IMG/VR virus record: IMGVR_UViG_2934543808_000001
Location: 70,013 to 134,012 of that record
Origin: a virus
Lineage: Duplodnaviria; Caudoviricetes
Strand: one strand, 5' to 3'
DNA: 64,000 nucleotides
The stretch's first letter is position 1, and each line of letters starts with the position of its first letter. This document shows positions 44,701 to 56,700 of this stretch, in pieces. A model generated the notes under the pieces. That model was given only the letters and a program-made list of their open reading frames with translations. It made no database searches and was not told the DNA's origin. The translations under genes and the position numbers were made by a program.

Positions 44701-47700
44701 TGTCATGGGCGACCACGAGACCGGCCGTGGCGAGATCCTTGCCGTGCCATACGCGGCGCTCCCCGTCGGGGGAAATGCTCACGTACTCCAGCACCTTGTC
44801 CTTGTTGGTGTTGTCGATCCGGCCGATCACCACGCCGTCGACCCTGACGGTCCACTCCCGGTCCAGGCCGGGCTTGTCGCCGTCGTCAGCGGTGACCTCA
44901 GCTCGGGCCACCAGCGCCTTCACGCGTTCGGGGCCGCCGAGTTCGTAGGTCTCGTCGTCTACCGGAACATCCCAGCCGATGTTGATGTCGGTGCGCGCCC
45001 GGTTCGTCGCCCTCTTGCGGACGTTCGGCTCCGGCTTCTCCACCAGCACGACCCACTCATCAGGTCCCACCCTGTCCTGGCCGTGGTCGGCGTCGATGGA
45101 CACCGAGCGGACGGCGCCTTCGACTCCGCCGCGGTGGGTGTGGACGACGTAGTTCGGAGTCTCCATGCCGTCGAAGCCGTCGGTCGTGCCGCGTCGCGGG
45201 TGCTTCACGGTGTGGAAGATGTCGCCCTTGCGGAGTTCGGAGCCGCGCGCCCAGCGCATGCCCTTGGGCAGCTCGGCTTCGCCGATCTTCAGCTCTCCGG
45301 TTCCGGTCCGGGCGTCGGCGAAGGGAGCCATCGGCGCGCCGATGCTCTCCCGCCGGCCGTTCGCCCAGTGCATCCCGGCCCAGTTCGAGCTGTCTTCCTG
45401 CGTGGCCCATCCTGCGAAGGCGGCCCAGTAGGCGCCACTGTCGGACACAGCGGCGTTGAGGGGGCGCATGGCTTCGGGGAACTGGGCACGGATGCCGTAC
45501 GACTTCTGATCGGGGTTGTCGCCGCCGACCACGCTGACGACGAAGTCCTCCGCCTGCTGCTCGGAGAGACCGTGCCCTGCGGCTCCGGCGCGAGCGCGGG
45601 CGATCTGCTCGCGTACCGCCGCCTGGACCTTCTGCGCTCGCTCCTCGACCAACTGGTTCCGGAGTTCCGCAGCCTTCTTCCGCCCCGCCCGGGTGGCGAT
45701 GTGGTCCATCAGGATGGGGCGGAGGTCCGCGCGCAGCTCGTCGCCCATCTTGCTCACGGAGGCGCGGAGATCTTCCGCGAGGCCGGCGAGGAACTGGCGT
45801 CCCTCCAGCGGTGCTTCTTCCAGGCTGCGGCGGGTGTTCTCGTCGTACTGGGCCAGCGGCTCGACATCGGCCATCGTGGAGATCCACTGCATCACGGACC
45901 AGGGGTCGGCGCTGGCCGTCCAGCCCTCCCTGTTGTGAGCGATCGCACGGTCGAGGTAGACGTTGCGCACCCCGGCCGGCTGCGGCTGCGCCCATATACC
46001 GGCCCACCGGCGGATCGGTTCGGCACGGGCGGTTTCGCCCACGTCGCGGGGGAAGCTCAGGACGGGCTCGGAGTCCGATTCCGCGACGATGAGGGCGGCG
46101 GCGTGCGCCGCGTTGTCGAAGTCGCTGCTGCGGTACCACGGCTCACCGACGGCGCCGTGCAGCGTGTGGTCTGCGCGCCACGACTCCCCGCCCGTGAAGT
46201 GGGCCTTGTTGTCGTTGTACAGGAGTGAGCCGATCCGCTTGCCGTCGAGGTAGACGGCGCGGCGAACCTCGTCGGCCTGGAAGCGCCGCTCGGCGGGGAT
46301 GACGTGGATCTCGCCGATCTCCACGGTCTTGCCACCGCGCTCACCGACCGTCTCGCGGGTCTCGTCCGGGCCCTTCCAGCCGACCGTGGGCTGGTCGGTC
46401 TCGGGCGCGGTCAGGCGCTCGACCTTCTCGTCCGCCAGGAGGGAGACGCCGTTGCCGTCCGAGGGCTCTTCCCCCTGCTCCCCGACGTGCAGGCGCCATG
46501 CCTTGATGCTCTGCCCGTCGCGGGTGGCCGTGATCTTCTTCGGCGGGGCAAGCAGGTAGCCCTCGCGGACAACGGCGTTGCCCGCGCTGTCCTGGGTCTC
46601 CACGCGGACGTAGTCGCCCTCGTTCACCTGGTCGATGCCCTCGACTTCGGAGCGGTCGACGCCGTCGTCGGTTGGCTCCTCGGGGGCCGTGCTGCGCTTG
46701 ATCGCTTCCCTGATCTGCGCCCCGGCAGCTTCCTCGATCTCCTCGCGCTGCTGGTCTTCGGCGCGCCGCCTGCGGACGGTGGCCCGGTGCCGCGCGAGGT
46801 GGGTGTCGGTCACGTCGAGGAACCGGCGCAGCGGCTCCTCCATCTCCTGGCGTTCGTTGTCCTCCAGAGTGGCGAGCAGTCCGGCCGCGTGGTCGCGGGC
46901 GGCGACCAGGTACCGCTCCGCCTCGTCGTGGTCGTTGTCCTCCTGGGCGGCGAGCGCGTCCAGGACGGCCCGGCCCAGCAGGTTGACGCCGGCGGGGGTG
47001 TCGTCGTTTGCCCAGGTACGACCTGCCGCCCGACGGACCTGGAGTTCGGCGGCATCGACCGGGACCATCGCGGCCCGCCAGTCGCCATCAGTCGCGAACG
47101 GCTCGGCCGCCGGAACGTCCGGGGCTGCGGGAGCCTCCGGGGTGCCAGTCTCCGGTTCCTCGGCGCGCGGCTTGTACGGCTGGGCGTAGTGGTCGGTCTC
47201 GCCCGGGGCGGGGATCGTCGCCGCCTTGCGCGCGGAGTCGTACTGCTGGAACTCCATCTTGCTGGCGGCGCCGAGCAGCACCTTCCGGTTGCGGCGGCCC
47301 TCGGGGGTGCTCTGGTCCTGCTGGGCAGCGGCCTCGCGCGCCGCGGCGGCCAGCGCGCCGGCCTGCGCCGAGTAGGGGCTGTAGCGGCGGTGGCCCGGGT
47401 CCCACGGCAGTGTGTCGATCGGCGTGCCGTCGTCGTAGTTCCCGGACAGGGTGAGCTTGCTCAGCTCCCGAACCTGAGCCGGGGTGAGCGTCATCTCGGT
47501 GATCGCCCGGTCCGGCGTGACCGGCGTGCGCGTGGCCTGCTCCGGCTTGCCGTTCTCGTCCGTCCCGCCGGTGTACTTCTGGCGGAGGAAGTCGAGGCCG
47601 TCACGGACGATGGAGGCGGCGCGCACAGGGGCGGCACCGGCCTGGTTAGGCAGTTCCTCGTGCCACTGCATGTCCGCGGGGGCTCCGCCGTCGGCGTTCT

Positions 47701-50700
47701 GGCCCCACCAGTACCGGCGGCCGTTGTCGCCGATGCGGGCGCGGACCCATCCGACGGTGTTGCCGTCCGCGTCCACGATGGTGCCGTGGCCGGCTTCCAC
47801 GTCGAGGTCGCGCAGGCGGTACCCCGTGGACAGCTCCAGGCCCTCGGGGGTCGACGCCTGGGCGATGTCGTCCGCGTTCTTGCGGGCCTTCGTGTCCTCG
47901 CCGCTGCGGTCCCCTCCGAACGGGGTGCCGTCGGGGCGAGTCACGTCCTTCAGCGGCCACACGCGCGTGCTGCTGTCCCCGCGCACAAGCACCGACCCGT
48001 CGTGCACGGCCATGACGTCACCGAGGCCGTCAGGCGTCATCACCTGGTCGTCCTTGGCGGGCAGATCCTGCTCCGGGGCAGCCGCGGGGGTGGTCGTCTC
48101 GGCGGGCGGGACCGGGGCGTCCGTGTTCCGTTCGGGCGCCGGCGTGTTGGTGTCGTCGTTGTTGTTGAGGTTGGCGAGATCGTCGCGGACCCGCTGGGCG
48201 TCCAGCTTGGTGGTGCCTCCGGAGCCGTAGCGGCCTCCGGCGATGGCCTGGTCCAGCTCCTCGTCGGTGGCCGCGGGCAGCAGCGGCCGGGCCTGGCCGT
48301 TGCGGCGGCGCACCTGTGCGGGGCTGATCTCCTGTCGCTTGCCGCCCACGCCCGGCTCGTCGCTGGTGCTGACCACGGTGAGCATCGGCGGGTCGATCTC
48401 AGAGACCGTGCCGATGTTCGGCGTGCCGTCCTCGTCATCGAAGTCGACCTGGTCGCCGGCCTGGAAGTCGTCCAGCTTGAAGTCGCGGCGGTACTCGCCC
48501 TTCGGCGGCTGGGTGGGGTCGTCGTCGTTGACGGCCCGGAAGACCCAGCCGAGCGAGCCCGGGTCGAGGACTTCGGTGGCCCGGGTCACCGCGACGTACG
48601 CGACGCGCAGCGCCTCGTCGTCGGGGATGGTGTCCCAGTCGATGTTGCCGTCGTCGTTGTCCTCGGGCCCCTTGAAGTCGTCGGCGATGCGGACGCGTTC
48701 GGACTCCAGGCCCTTCGCCTTGTGGGCGGTGGTCACGAGCACGTCGTGCGGCTCGTGCTCGGGCACCAGGCGGCCGTTGCCGTCATCGCTGTCGTCCTGC
48801 GGGTACAGCTTCGCGAGGTGGGCGTCGATCCGCTGCTGCGCCTCTTCCAAGGACAGCTTGTTGTCGATCTTGTGGACGCCGGAGCGGGTCTTCGACTTCC
48901 ACGGCACGCTGCGCTTGCCGGGCTCGTAGTAGTACCGGCGGGTCGCCGGGTCGTACACGAGCTTGCCGACGCCGTTGTTCTTGCCGTCGCCGAGCCACCG
49001 CCGCAGGCCGTCGGCGTTGGGGTCGTTCCAGTCGAGGCGGACCCACACGCGGTCACCGACGAGTTCGGTGGCCGCCGGCCGGGAGCCGGAGGAAAGCAGG
49101 GCGTCGATGTCGTCGCCGTGCTTCTCCAGCAGGTTGAACAAGCTGGCGAGCTGCTGGAGGTCGGGGTCGGTCTTGACCTCCTCCACGATGTCGTCGAAGG
49201 CCATGCCGTTGAAGCGGGCCAGTTCGGCGTGATCGGTGTCCTCGCCCTCGGCCAGGGCGTGGGCGGCCTGCACGAACTCCTGGAGGGCCTTCACGCCGCC
49301 GGACACGGCGACGGTGCGGCCCGCGGTGAGCGCCTGCACCGCGGCGAGCGCGACGCCGGCGTTGGTGCGGGCGATGACCATGGACTCTTCGCCCGGGTGC
49401 AGTTGCTCGATGCGGGAGTTCTTGCGGTCGAAGCCCTTCAGCCGCATGCGGGTGCCGAGCAGCCGCAGGAACCGGTTGCCGACGTCGGCGACGGCCGGGC
49501 CGAAGCGGAAGGACTGGGTGAGGGTGGCGCGCGCGTCCACGGGGAGCTTGGCCAGGGCGTCACTCGCGCCCCGGAAGCCGTAAATGGCCTGGTTGGAGTC
49601 GCCAACGGCCACGACCTGCACGCCCTGGTCGAGGGCGGCGCGGACGACACCCTCCATCACCGGGTTCACGTCCTGGGCCTCGTCCCAGAACAGGGTGTCG
49701 GCGTCGATCTTGTAGCCGCCGAGCGCCCACTGCTTGACGATGTAGTCGAAGTCCATCGTCAGGTCGCGGTCGGGGTCGCCGGCCTCGGGGTCGCTGAGGT
49801 TCGCCCACATGCGGTCAGCGAGCGGCTTGACCGCGTTGAACAGGTCCCGACGCTCTTCGTCGGTCTTGGCCCTGACGTGCTGCGGGCCCATCTCGGCGTC
49901 GGCGGACTTCGCCCACTCGCGGATCATGCGCTCGGCGACGGTGGCCGCGCCGCCCGGGGTGAGGTCCCGGTTCCCGGCCTTGACCGTGTCGTACCAGCGC
50001 ATGCGGTCGGCGATCTGCTGGGCGCTGAGCTTCTTGAAGCCTCCGGCCTTGCTGCTGGGCAGCCGGTCGTTCAGACGCCGGTCGGCGACCCGGGCGGCGT
50101 ACGCGTTCGCCGTGGAGGCGAGCATGTTCTTCGCGTACTCGCCGCGGGCCTGGGCCTCGCGGGCCTCGGCGGCGACCGAGCGGTTGAACGCCAGGTAGAC
50201 GATCTTCTTGCCCGGCATGCGGTGCGAGAGCATCTTGAGCGTGGACGACTTGCCGGTACCGGCGAGAGCCATCACCGCCATGTTCAGGCCGCGGCGGGCC
50301 GCGCCCTCGATGATGATGTTCTGCTCGTCGGTGGGCGGGTAGTCCTCGCGGGCGGAGGCTTCGGAGCTGATGCGCTCCCACTCCTCATCGGAGTAGCCGC
50401 CCTCCTTCGCGTCGGGCAGATCCTCCACGCGCGTGACGAGGCCCTGGACTTCGGCGTCGTTCAGGCCGTAGCCCCCGAGCCGGTCCTGCACCGTGTCCCC
50501 GCGGGACGGCTCGACCAGCTTGCCGTTGTCGTCGTACTTGGGTTCCGGCTTCCACCGGCGGCGCTCTTCGTCCTCCAGCTCCCACTGACGCCGTTCCAGG
50601 CGCCGCCGCATGGCGAGGTCGAGGGGGTCGGTGGACTCGGCGAGGGGGCTGAGCTGGTCTTCGATCTCATCGATGGCGTCGCCGAGCTGTTCGGCGGTCA

Positions 50701-53700
50701 TGTCCGTCGGCGCGGTCTCCGGCTCCGGCTGCCGCTGCGGGCGGGCCGCGGGGGCGGGGCGCTCTCGACCATCGGCGGGCCTCGGCGCGCGCGGGGCGCC
50801 CGGCTCGCGGGTGCCCCCCGTGCCAGAGGTACGAGAGCGGGGTGAGGCGTTGGACGGCGTGCCGGAGTCCGCCGGGGCGTCCGTCTCGGCGGACTCCGCC
50901 GGGGCGCCCTCGGTCTCCTCCGGCTCCTCGGTGGTCTCGGGCTCCTCCTCCTGCGGCTGGTCCGCCTCGGGAGCAGCGGACTCGTCTTCCGGGGCACCGG
51001 ACTCGGGCGCGGCGGCGTCCTGCTCGGACTCGGCCGCTGCCTCATCGTCGGGCTGCGGGGCTTCCTCCTCGCCCGGCTCCGTCTCGTCCGTCTCCCCGGA
51101 GTCGTCAGGCTGCGGGGCCTCTTCCTCGGCCGGCTGCGTCTCGTCCGTCTCGTCGGAGTTCTCGCCACCTTCGGGCCGCAAGTCGTCCAGCTCGGCACGC
51201 ACCTGCGCGGGGTTGAGCGCGACGTCGCCGTCGACGGAGTCGGTGGTCTCCTCGCTGGGCGCCGGGGCGTCCGGCTGCGCCTCGCTCTGCTGCTGGTCGT
51301 TGTCGGCGGGCGGGGCGTCCTCGCTCAGCCCGTCCAGGTCGCTGCGCACCTGCGCGGGGTCGAGGGTGGTCTCGCCGCGCTCCTCGCGGGCACGCTGCTG
51401 CTTCTCCCGCTTCTTGCGTTCCTTCGCGGCCTTCCTCGCCTCGGCGTCCGGCCAGGTGATGCGCGGCCGGCCCTTCTCGTCGGTGCCGATCGACGGGGCG
51501 GCGGGCGTACGGGGGAGCAGGTCGGTGTCCTGCTCGGCCGCCGGGTCGTCCACGTCCGCGGCGTCCTCGCCGGCGGCAAGGCGGGCCTCGCGGAGCTGGT
51601 GCTCCAGCGCCTCCATGCGGTTGCGCTTGTCCTTGGCCGCGTCCTCGCTGCTGACCTCCCGGCCCTGCTCCTTGATGATCGCGGCGATCAGCTTGGAACG
51701 GCGCTCGGCGGCCTCCAGCTCGGCGGCCTGCTCGAAGGGGCGGTCGACGCGCTCTCGCGCGGTCGCGGCGGCGCGCTCCTCCTGGCGGAGTCGGCTCTCC
51801 AGCCGCACGATCATCTTCTCGACGTCGGCGAGCTTGTCCTCGATCCGGGTGATCGGAAGGGTCGACTCCTTCTTCAGGTCCTTCTCGTCGTACGAGAAGA
51901 GGCTCTGCGGGACGTCGGGCATGCGGATGTCCACCAGGTGCACGCGGCCGGCGTTGCTCCACGTGGTCCGGTACTTCGCGGTGACCTCGATGTTGCCGAC
52001 CTTGCCGATGACGACCTCGGGGTGGCCGCCAGGCTTGTACGGGTTCTCGGTGCCCTGCCGCAGCACGGCGCGCGCCGCGGTGGCGAGCGCCTGGGCGGCC
52101 TCGTCGCGCTTGGTGAAGTCCTTGGTGCCGATGGTGGCGTTGAAGTCGTCGCCGCGGGTGTTCTTCTTCCGCGCGACGACGTCGCGGAGCTGGGCGGTGA
52201 GTTCGTTGGTCTTCTCGCGCAGCCGCTCGGCGGCGTGGATCGTGGACTTGTAGCCCTCGATCGTGCGCATGTGGCCCTTGAGCTTGCGCGTCAGGGCGCC
52301 GAGGGCGACCTTCACGTTGGCCTGCTCCAGCAGGTACGGGTTGCCGGTGGAGATGGCCGTGACCTGCTCGGCGTTGAACACACCGTCGGGGATGTCCTCG
52401 ATGGTCCGCTCGGTCAGGTTGCCCTTCATGATCTGGCGGATGAACTTCGCCTTGCGGGCCACCGTCTGCCACGAGAAGCCGTCGAACGACCCCTCGGTGA
52501 CGTACTGGAAGATCGCGACCTCGGGGTTGAAGTTGCCCTGGCGGATGATGCGGCCGTTGCGCTGTTCGAGGTCGGCCGGTCGCCACGGGCAATCGAGGTG
52601 GTGCAGGGCGGTCGCGCGGAGCTGGACGTTGGTGCCGACGCCCATCTTCGTGGTGGAGCCGAGGAGGACGGAGATCTTGCCGTTCCGGGCGTCGGCGAAG
52701 AGCCGCGCCTTCTCCACGTCGTTCTTGGCCTCGTGGATGAAACGTATCTTCTCGGCGGGCACGCCCCGCTCGATGAGGAGATCCTTCAGCTCCTGGTAGG
52801 CGGGGAACTTGGACTGGCCCAGCTCCTCCATGTCGGCGGGGCCCTCGGTCTTGCCCTTCTTCTTCTTGGACTTGCCCGGGTCGACCGGGGTGCCCATGTC
52901 CAGGAAGACGATCTGAAGGCCGCCCGGCGTCTCGTGCGGGGTCGGGTTGTTCTTCGAGGTCGGGTAGACCGCGTCCTTGGTGTCGGCGTAGATCCGGGCG
53001 ATGTTGTCGGCCGCCGCGGGCAGCTTGGCGCCCTGCTCGTCAATGCCGACCATGCGGGGGTCGAGGGAGACCTTCCGACCGTCGGAGTTGATCTTGAGCA
53101 TGTTGTCGACGGTCGGTTCGACGTCGCCGCGCTTCACGGCCCGCGCGCGGGCCGCGATCTGATCCATGTAGGCCAGGAGCCCTTCGGTGGGCTCGACGGA
53201 AACGGTGACGGCCTTGCCGCCGGCCACGTCCGGGGTGTCCAGGTACTCGGCGAGGTCGTCGGAGTTCTTGACGTCGGCGACGGTGCGCCAGATCCTCAGC
53301 AGCTCCGGCATGTTCCGGAACGCGGCGAAGCGGCTGACTTCCCGGAAGCCGGACCCGTCGGCGGCCAGCTCGGTGCCGTTGACGACCTTGCCGTAGGTGG
53401 AGGCGAAGTCATCGAAGTTGCGGACCTTGGCCTTGTCCAGCAGGTCGGGCCGCAGGTAGCGCAGCATCGTGTGCGCTTCGGTGATCGAGTTGGAGATCGG
53501 CGTGGCCGTGGCGAAGGTGACGACGCGGCCGGACTTCGTGGTCTTGCGCAGGTACTCCAGCTTCATGTCGAGGTCGGAGGCCCTGTTCGAGCCCTCGATC
53601 GCTGCGCCGGGGAGCGTGGAGTTGGTGGTCAGGTTCTTGTAGTGGTGGGCTTCGTCTACGACGACGTAGTCGATGCCCGTGTCCTCGAAGTAGAGGCCCG

Positions 53701-56700
53701 CGGTGTCCTTCTGCGCCTCGACCTTGGCCGTGATCTTCGCTTCGAGCTTCTTGAGCCGGTTGCGGATCTCCTTGACCATGCGGGAGTCGGTCCGCTTGCC
53801 GGGGTTGGCCTCCTGGTCCTCCCGCTTCTGCCGCTTCAGGGCCTCTTCGAGCTGCTCCTTCTCCCGCTTGATGTATTCGAGCTGCACCTCCGGGCGCATG
53901 GGGATGGACTCGAAGGCGTTCTGGGTGAGGATCACCGCGTCGTAGTCGCCGGTGGCGACGCGGGCGATGAACTCCCGGCGCTTGCGTCCCTGGAGGTCGT
54001 CGCTGGACGCGGCGAGGATGCGGCCGTTGGACGCGGACTCGGGGTACAGCTCTGCGAACTCGTCGCGGAACTGGTTGAGCATGTGGTTCGGGACGACGAT
54101 GGCGGCCTTGTTGACCAGGCCGAGGCGCCGGAGCTCCATCACGCCCATGGTCATTTCGGCGGTCTTGCCGGCGCCGACCTCGTGGGCGAGGAGCACCGCG
54201 GGTTCGCTGACCATGCGCGCGACGGCGGCGTGCTGGTGGGCGTGCGGCTTGAACCACTCGGCCAGGCCCGGCATGGTGCGGCGCTGGCCGTCGTACGACC
54301 TCAGCGCCAAGTTGTTGTGCAGGTCGTTGTAGCGCTTCTTGACCTGCTCGGTGCGTTCCTGGGTGGCCCACAGCCAGTCCTGGAACTCCTCGCGCATCTC
54401 CTCGGCCTTGGTCTGGGCCGCGGCGGTGGCGTCCTCGTCGACCCAGGTCTTGCCGTCCTCATCGCGGTAGGTGACGCGAATCCGGCCGTTGGTCAGGATC
54501 GCCTCGGCGAGCTTGACCGCGTTGAAGTCCTCGGTGCCCCAGACCTTGCGGGCGGCCTGGCTGTTCTTCACGGCGTCGGGGGCGTCAACCCGCCACATCG
54601 AGCCGCCCTGGTAGCTGACGGTGACCGCGTCGGTGTTGAGCTTGTCCCGCAGGAACGCCTGGATCGGGCCACGGCCGAGCCAGGAGGCGCCCATGGGGGC
54701 GTCGATCTCGCCGGGGGAGATCTCCTCGGGGAGCACGTCTTCGAGGTGCTTGACGTTGATCTCGTACCGGGAGTCGTTCGCGGCGAGGGCCTGCGCCTGC
54801 TCCAGCTTCTCCCGCACGTTGCCGGACAGGTACTCGGCCGCCGGCACGAGGTTGCCCCGGTCGTGGGGCTCGAAGACCAGCGGGTACTCCTCGCCGGTCT
54901 CCGGGTCCTTGGAGCGGGCGGCGAGCAGCCGTTCCCGAGCCGTCTCCGGGCTGGCGCCCATCACGTCGGCGAGGGCGTCGATGTCGAGGGTGCCGCGCTG
55001 CTCCAGCACGATCGCCATCGCGTCCTCGGGACGGCTGGCCCGCTCAGCGATGGTGCGGTGCCGGGCCTGCCGCTTGGTGAAGATCGCGGCCGGCGTGCTG
55101 GTCTTCGTGTTCTCGTCGTACGAGTCCAGGGACAGGATCACGGCCATGGTCGGGTCCTTGGTCAGGAGTCCGCCCATGGGGGGTCGCTTGCGGAACGCCT
55201 TCTCGACCTGCTCGCCGGTCTCCGAGTCGGTGGTCTTGCGCTTCGACCACTCGAACCGGTTCACGGAGCCGAACTTGGCGTTGTACGTGTCGTAGCGGGA
55301 CTTCAGATCGGCGCGCAGCGTCTCGATCAGGGCCTCGTCGGCGTCCGGCCGGGACTCCTCCCGGACAAGGGCCTTCAGCGAGTCGCGGAGCCCGAGGAGC
55401 TGCTGGGCCTCCTCGATCTGCGTCTTCGGCACCTCGAAGGGGTGGACCATGCCGTCACGGACCTGAGTGAACGTCCCGTCCGATTCGAGCTGCACGTGCC
55501 CGTCGGGCCGGTCCGACTCCGCGGACAGCAGCTCGACCTTGCGGCGCTCGCCGGTGTCCGGCTTGTACGTGAGCCGGGCGTCCTTCGCGCGGCCGACGAC
55601 CCGCTTCAGGGTGTAGCCCAGCTCCTCGTTCAGGTCGCCGGCGACGTGCACGCGCAGCTCGCCCGGCCCGTACATGCCGTTGCCGACGTGCATGTCGCCG
55701 ATGACGTTGCGGGGGTGGTCCAGGAAGTACGGGTTGACGTGGACCTTGGGCGCTTCGTTGTCCTCCGCGTCCTGGCCGGGAAGGTCGTGGACCTGCACGG
55801 TGTGCACCCACGTCGGCGGGTCGTCCTGCTTGCGCTGCTCGGGCGGCTTCACCTCGCCCTTGCGGGTGCGGCCGGAGGTGAACTCCTTGTCCTTCTCCCG
55901 GCGCCGGAAGATGAGCAGGTCGGTGACGACGTCCGTGCCGGCCGTACGGCGGTGCGCTCCGGACGGCAGACGGATCGCGCCGACCAGGTCGGCCTTCCGC
56001 GCCATCTCCATGCGGGCGTCTTCGGAGCGCGGCGTGTCGCCGTCCATGGTGTAGCGGGAGGTGACGACGGCGACCAGGCCGCCGGGGCGGGTCAGGTCCA
56101 GCGACTTCAGGATGAAGTGGTTGTGGATGTTGTGGCCGCCCTTGTTGTGGCGCATGTCCACGACCTGGTAGTCGCCGAAGGGGACGTTGCCGACGGTCAT
56201 GTCGAACGTGCCGTTGGCGGCGCGGGTCTTCTCGAAGCCCTCGTTGCGGATGTTCGCGTGCGGGTAGAGGGCCTTGGCGATACCGGCGGTGATCGGGTCC
56301 AGCTCGACGCCGGTCATGTCCGCGTTCTCGGGCGCGTACCCGATGAAGTTGCCGGAGCCGCTGCCCGGCTCCAGGACGTTGCCGCCGTCGAAGCCCAGCT
56401 CCCGGACCGCCTTCCACACCTGCTGAGCGATGGCCGGGTCGGTGTAGTGGGCGTTGAGGGTGTTGTCCTGAGCGGCCTCGTACTCGGCGTCGCTGAGGAG
56501 TTCCCGGAGTCGTCGCTGAAGCGGCTCGAACTCGGGCTTCGGGGTGTCTACGAAGACCTGCGGCGTGGCGCCCCAGCCGGACCAGCGGGCCAGGGTCTCC
56601 TGCTCGGCGGCCGTGGCCGGCCGGTTCTCGTCCTGGAGGCGGCGCAGCACCTCGATGGCGGCGATGTTCGCCTTGACGCGGGCCAGGACGCCGCTGGGGA

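Noticed and set aside
40700-46640. Intein/Hint domains suggested by I.DI.EGD.V motifs
   Set aside because: No N-terminal Cys block, TxxH or terminal HN motif seen; small SH3-like barrels fit better.
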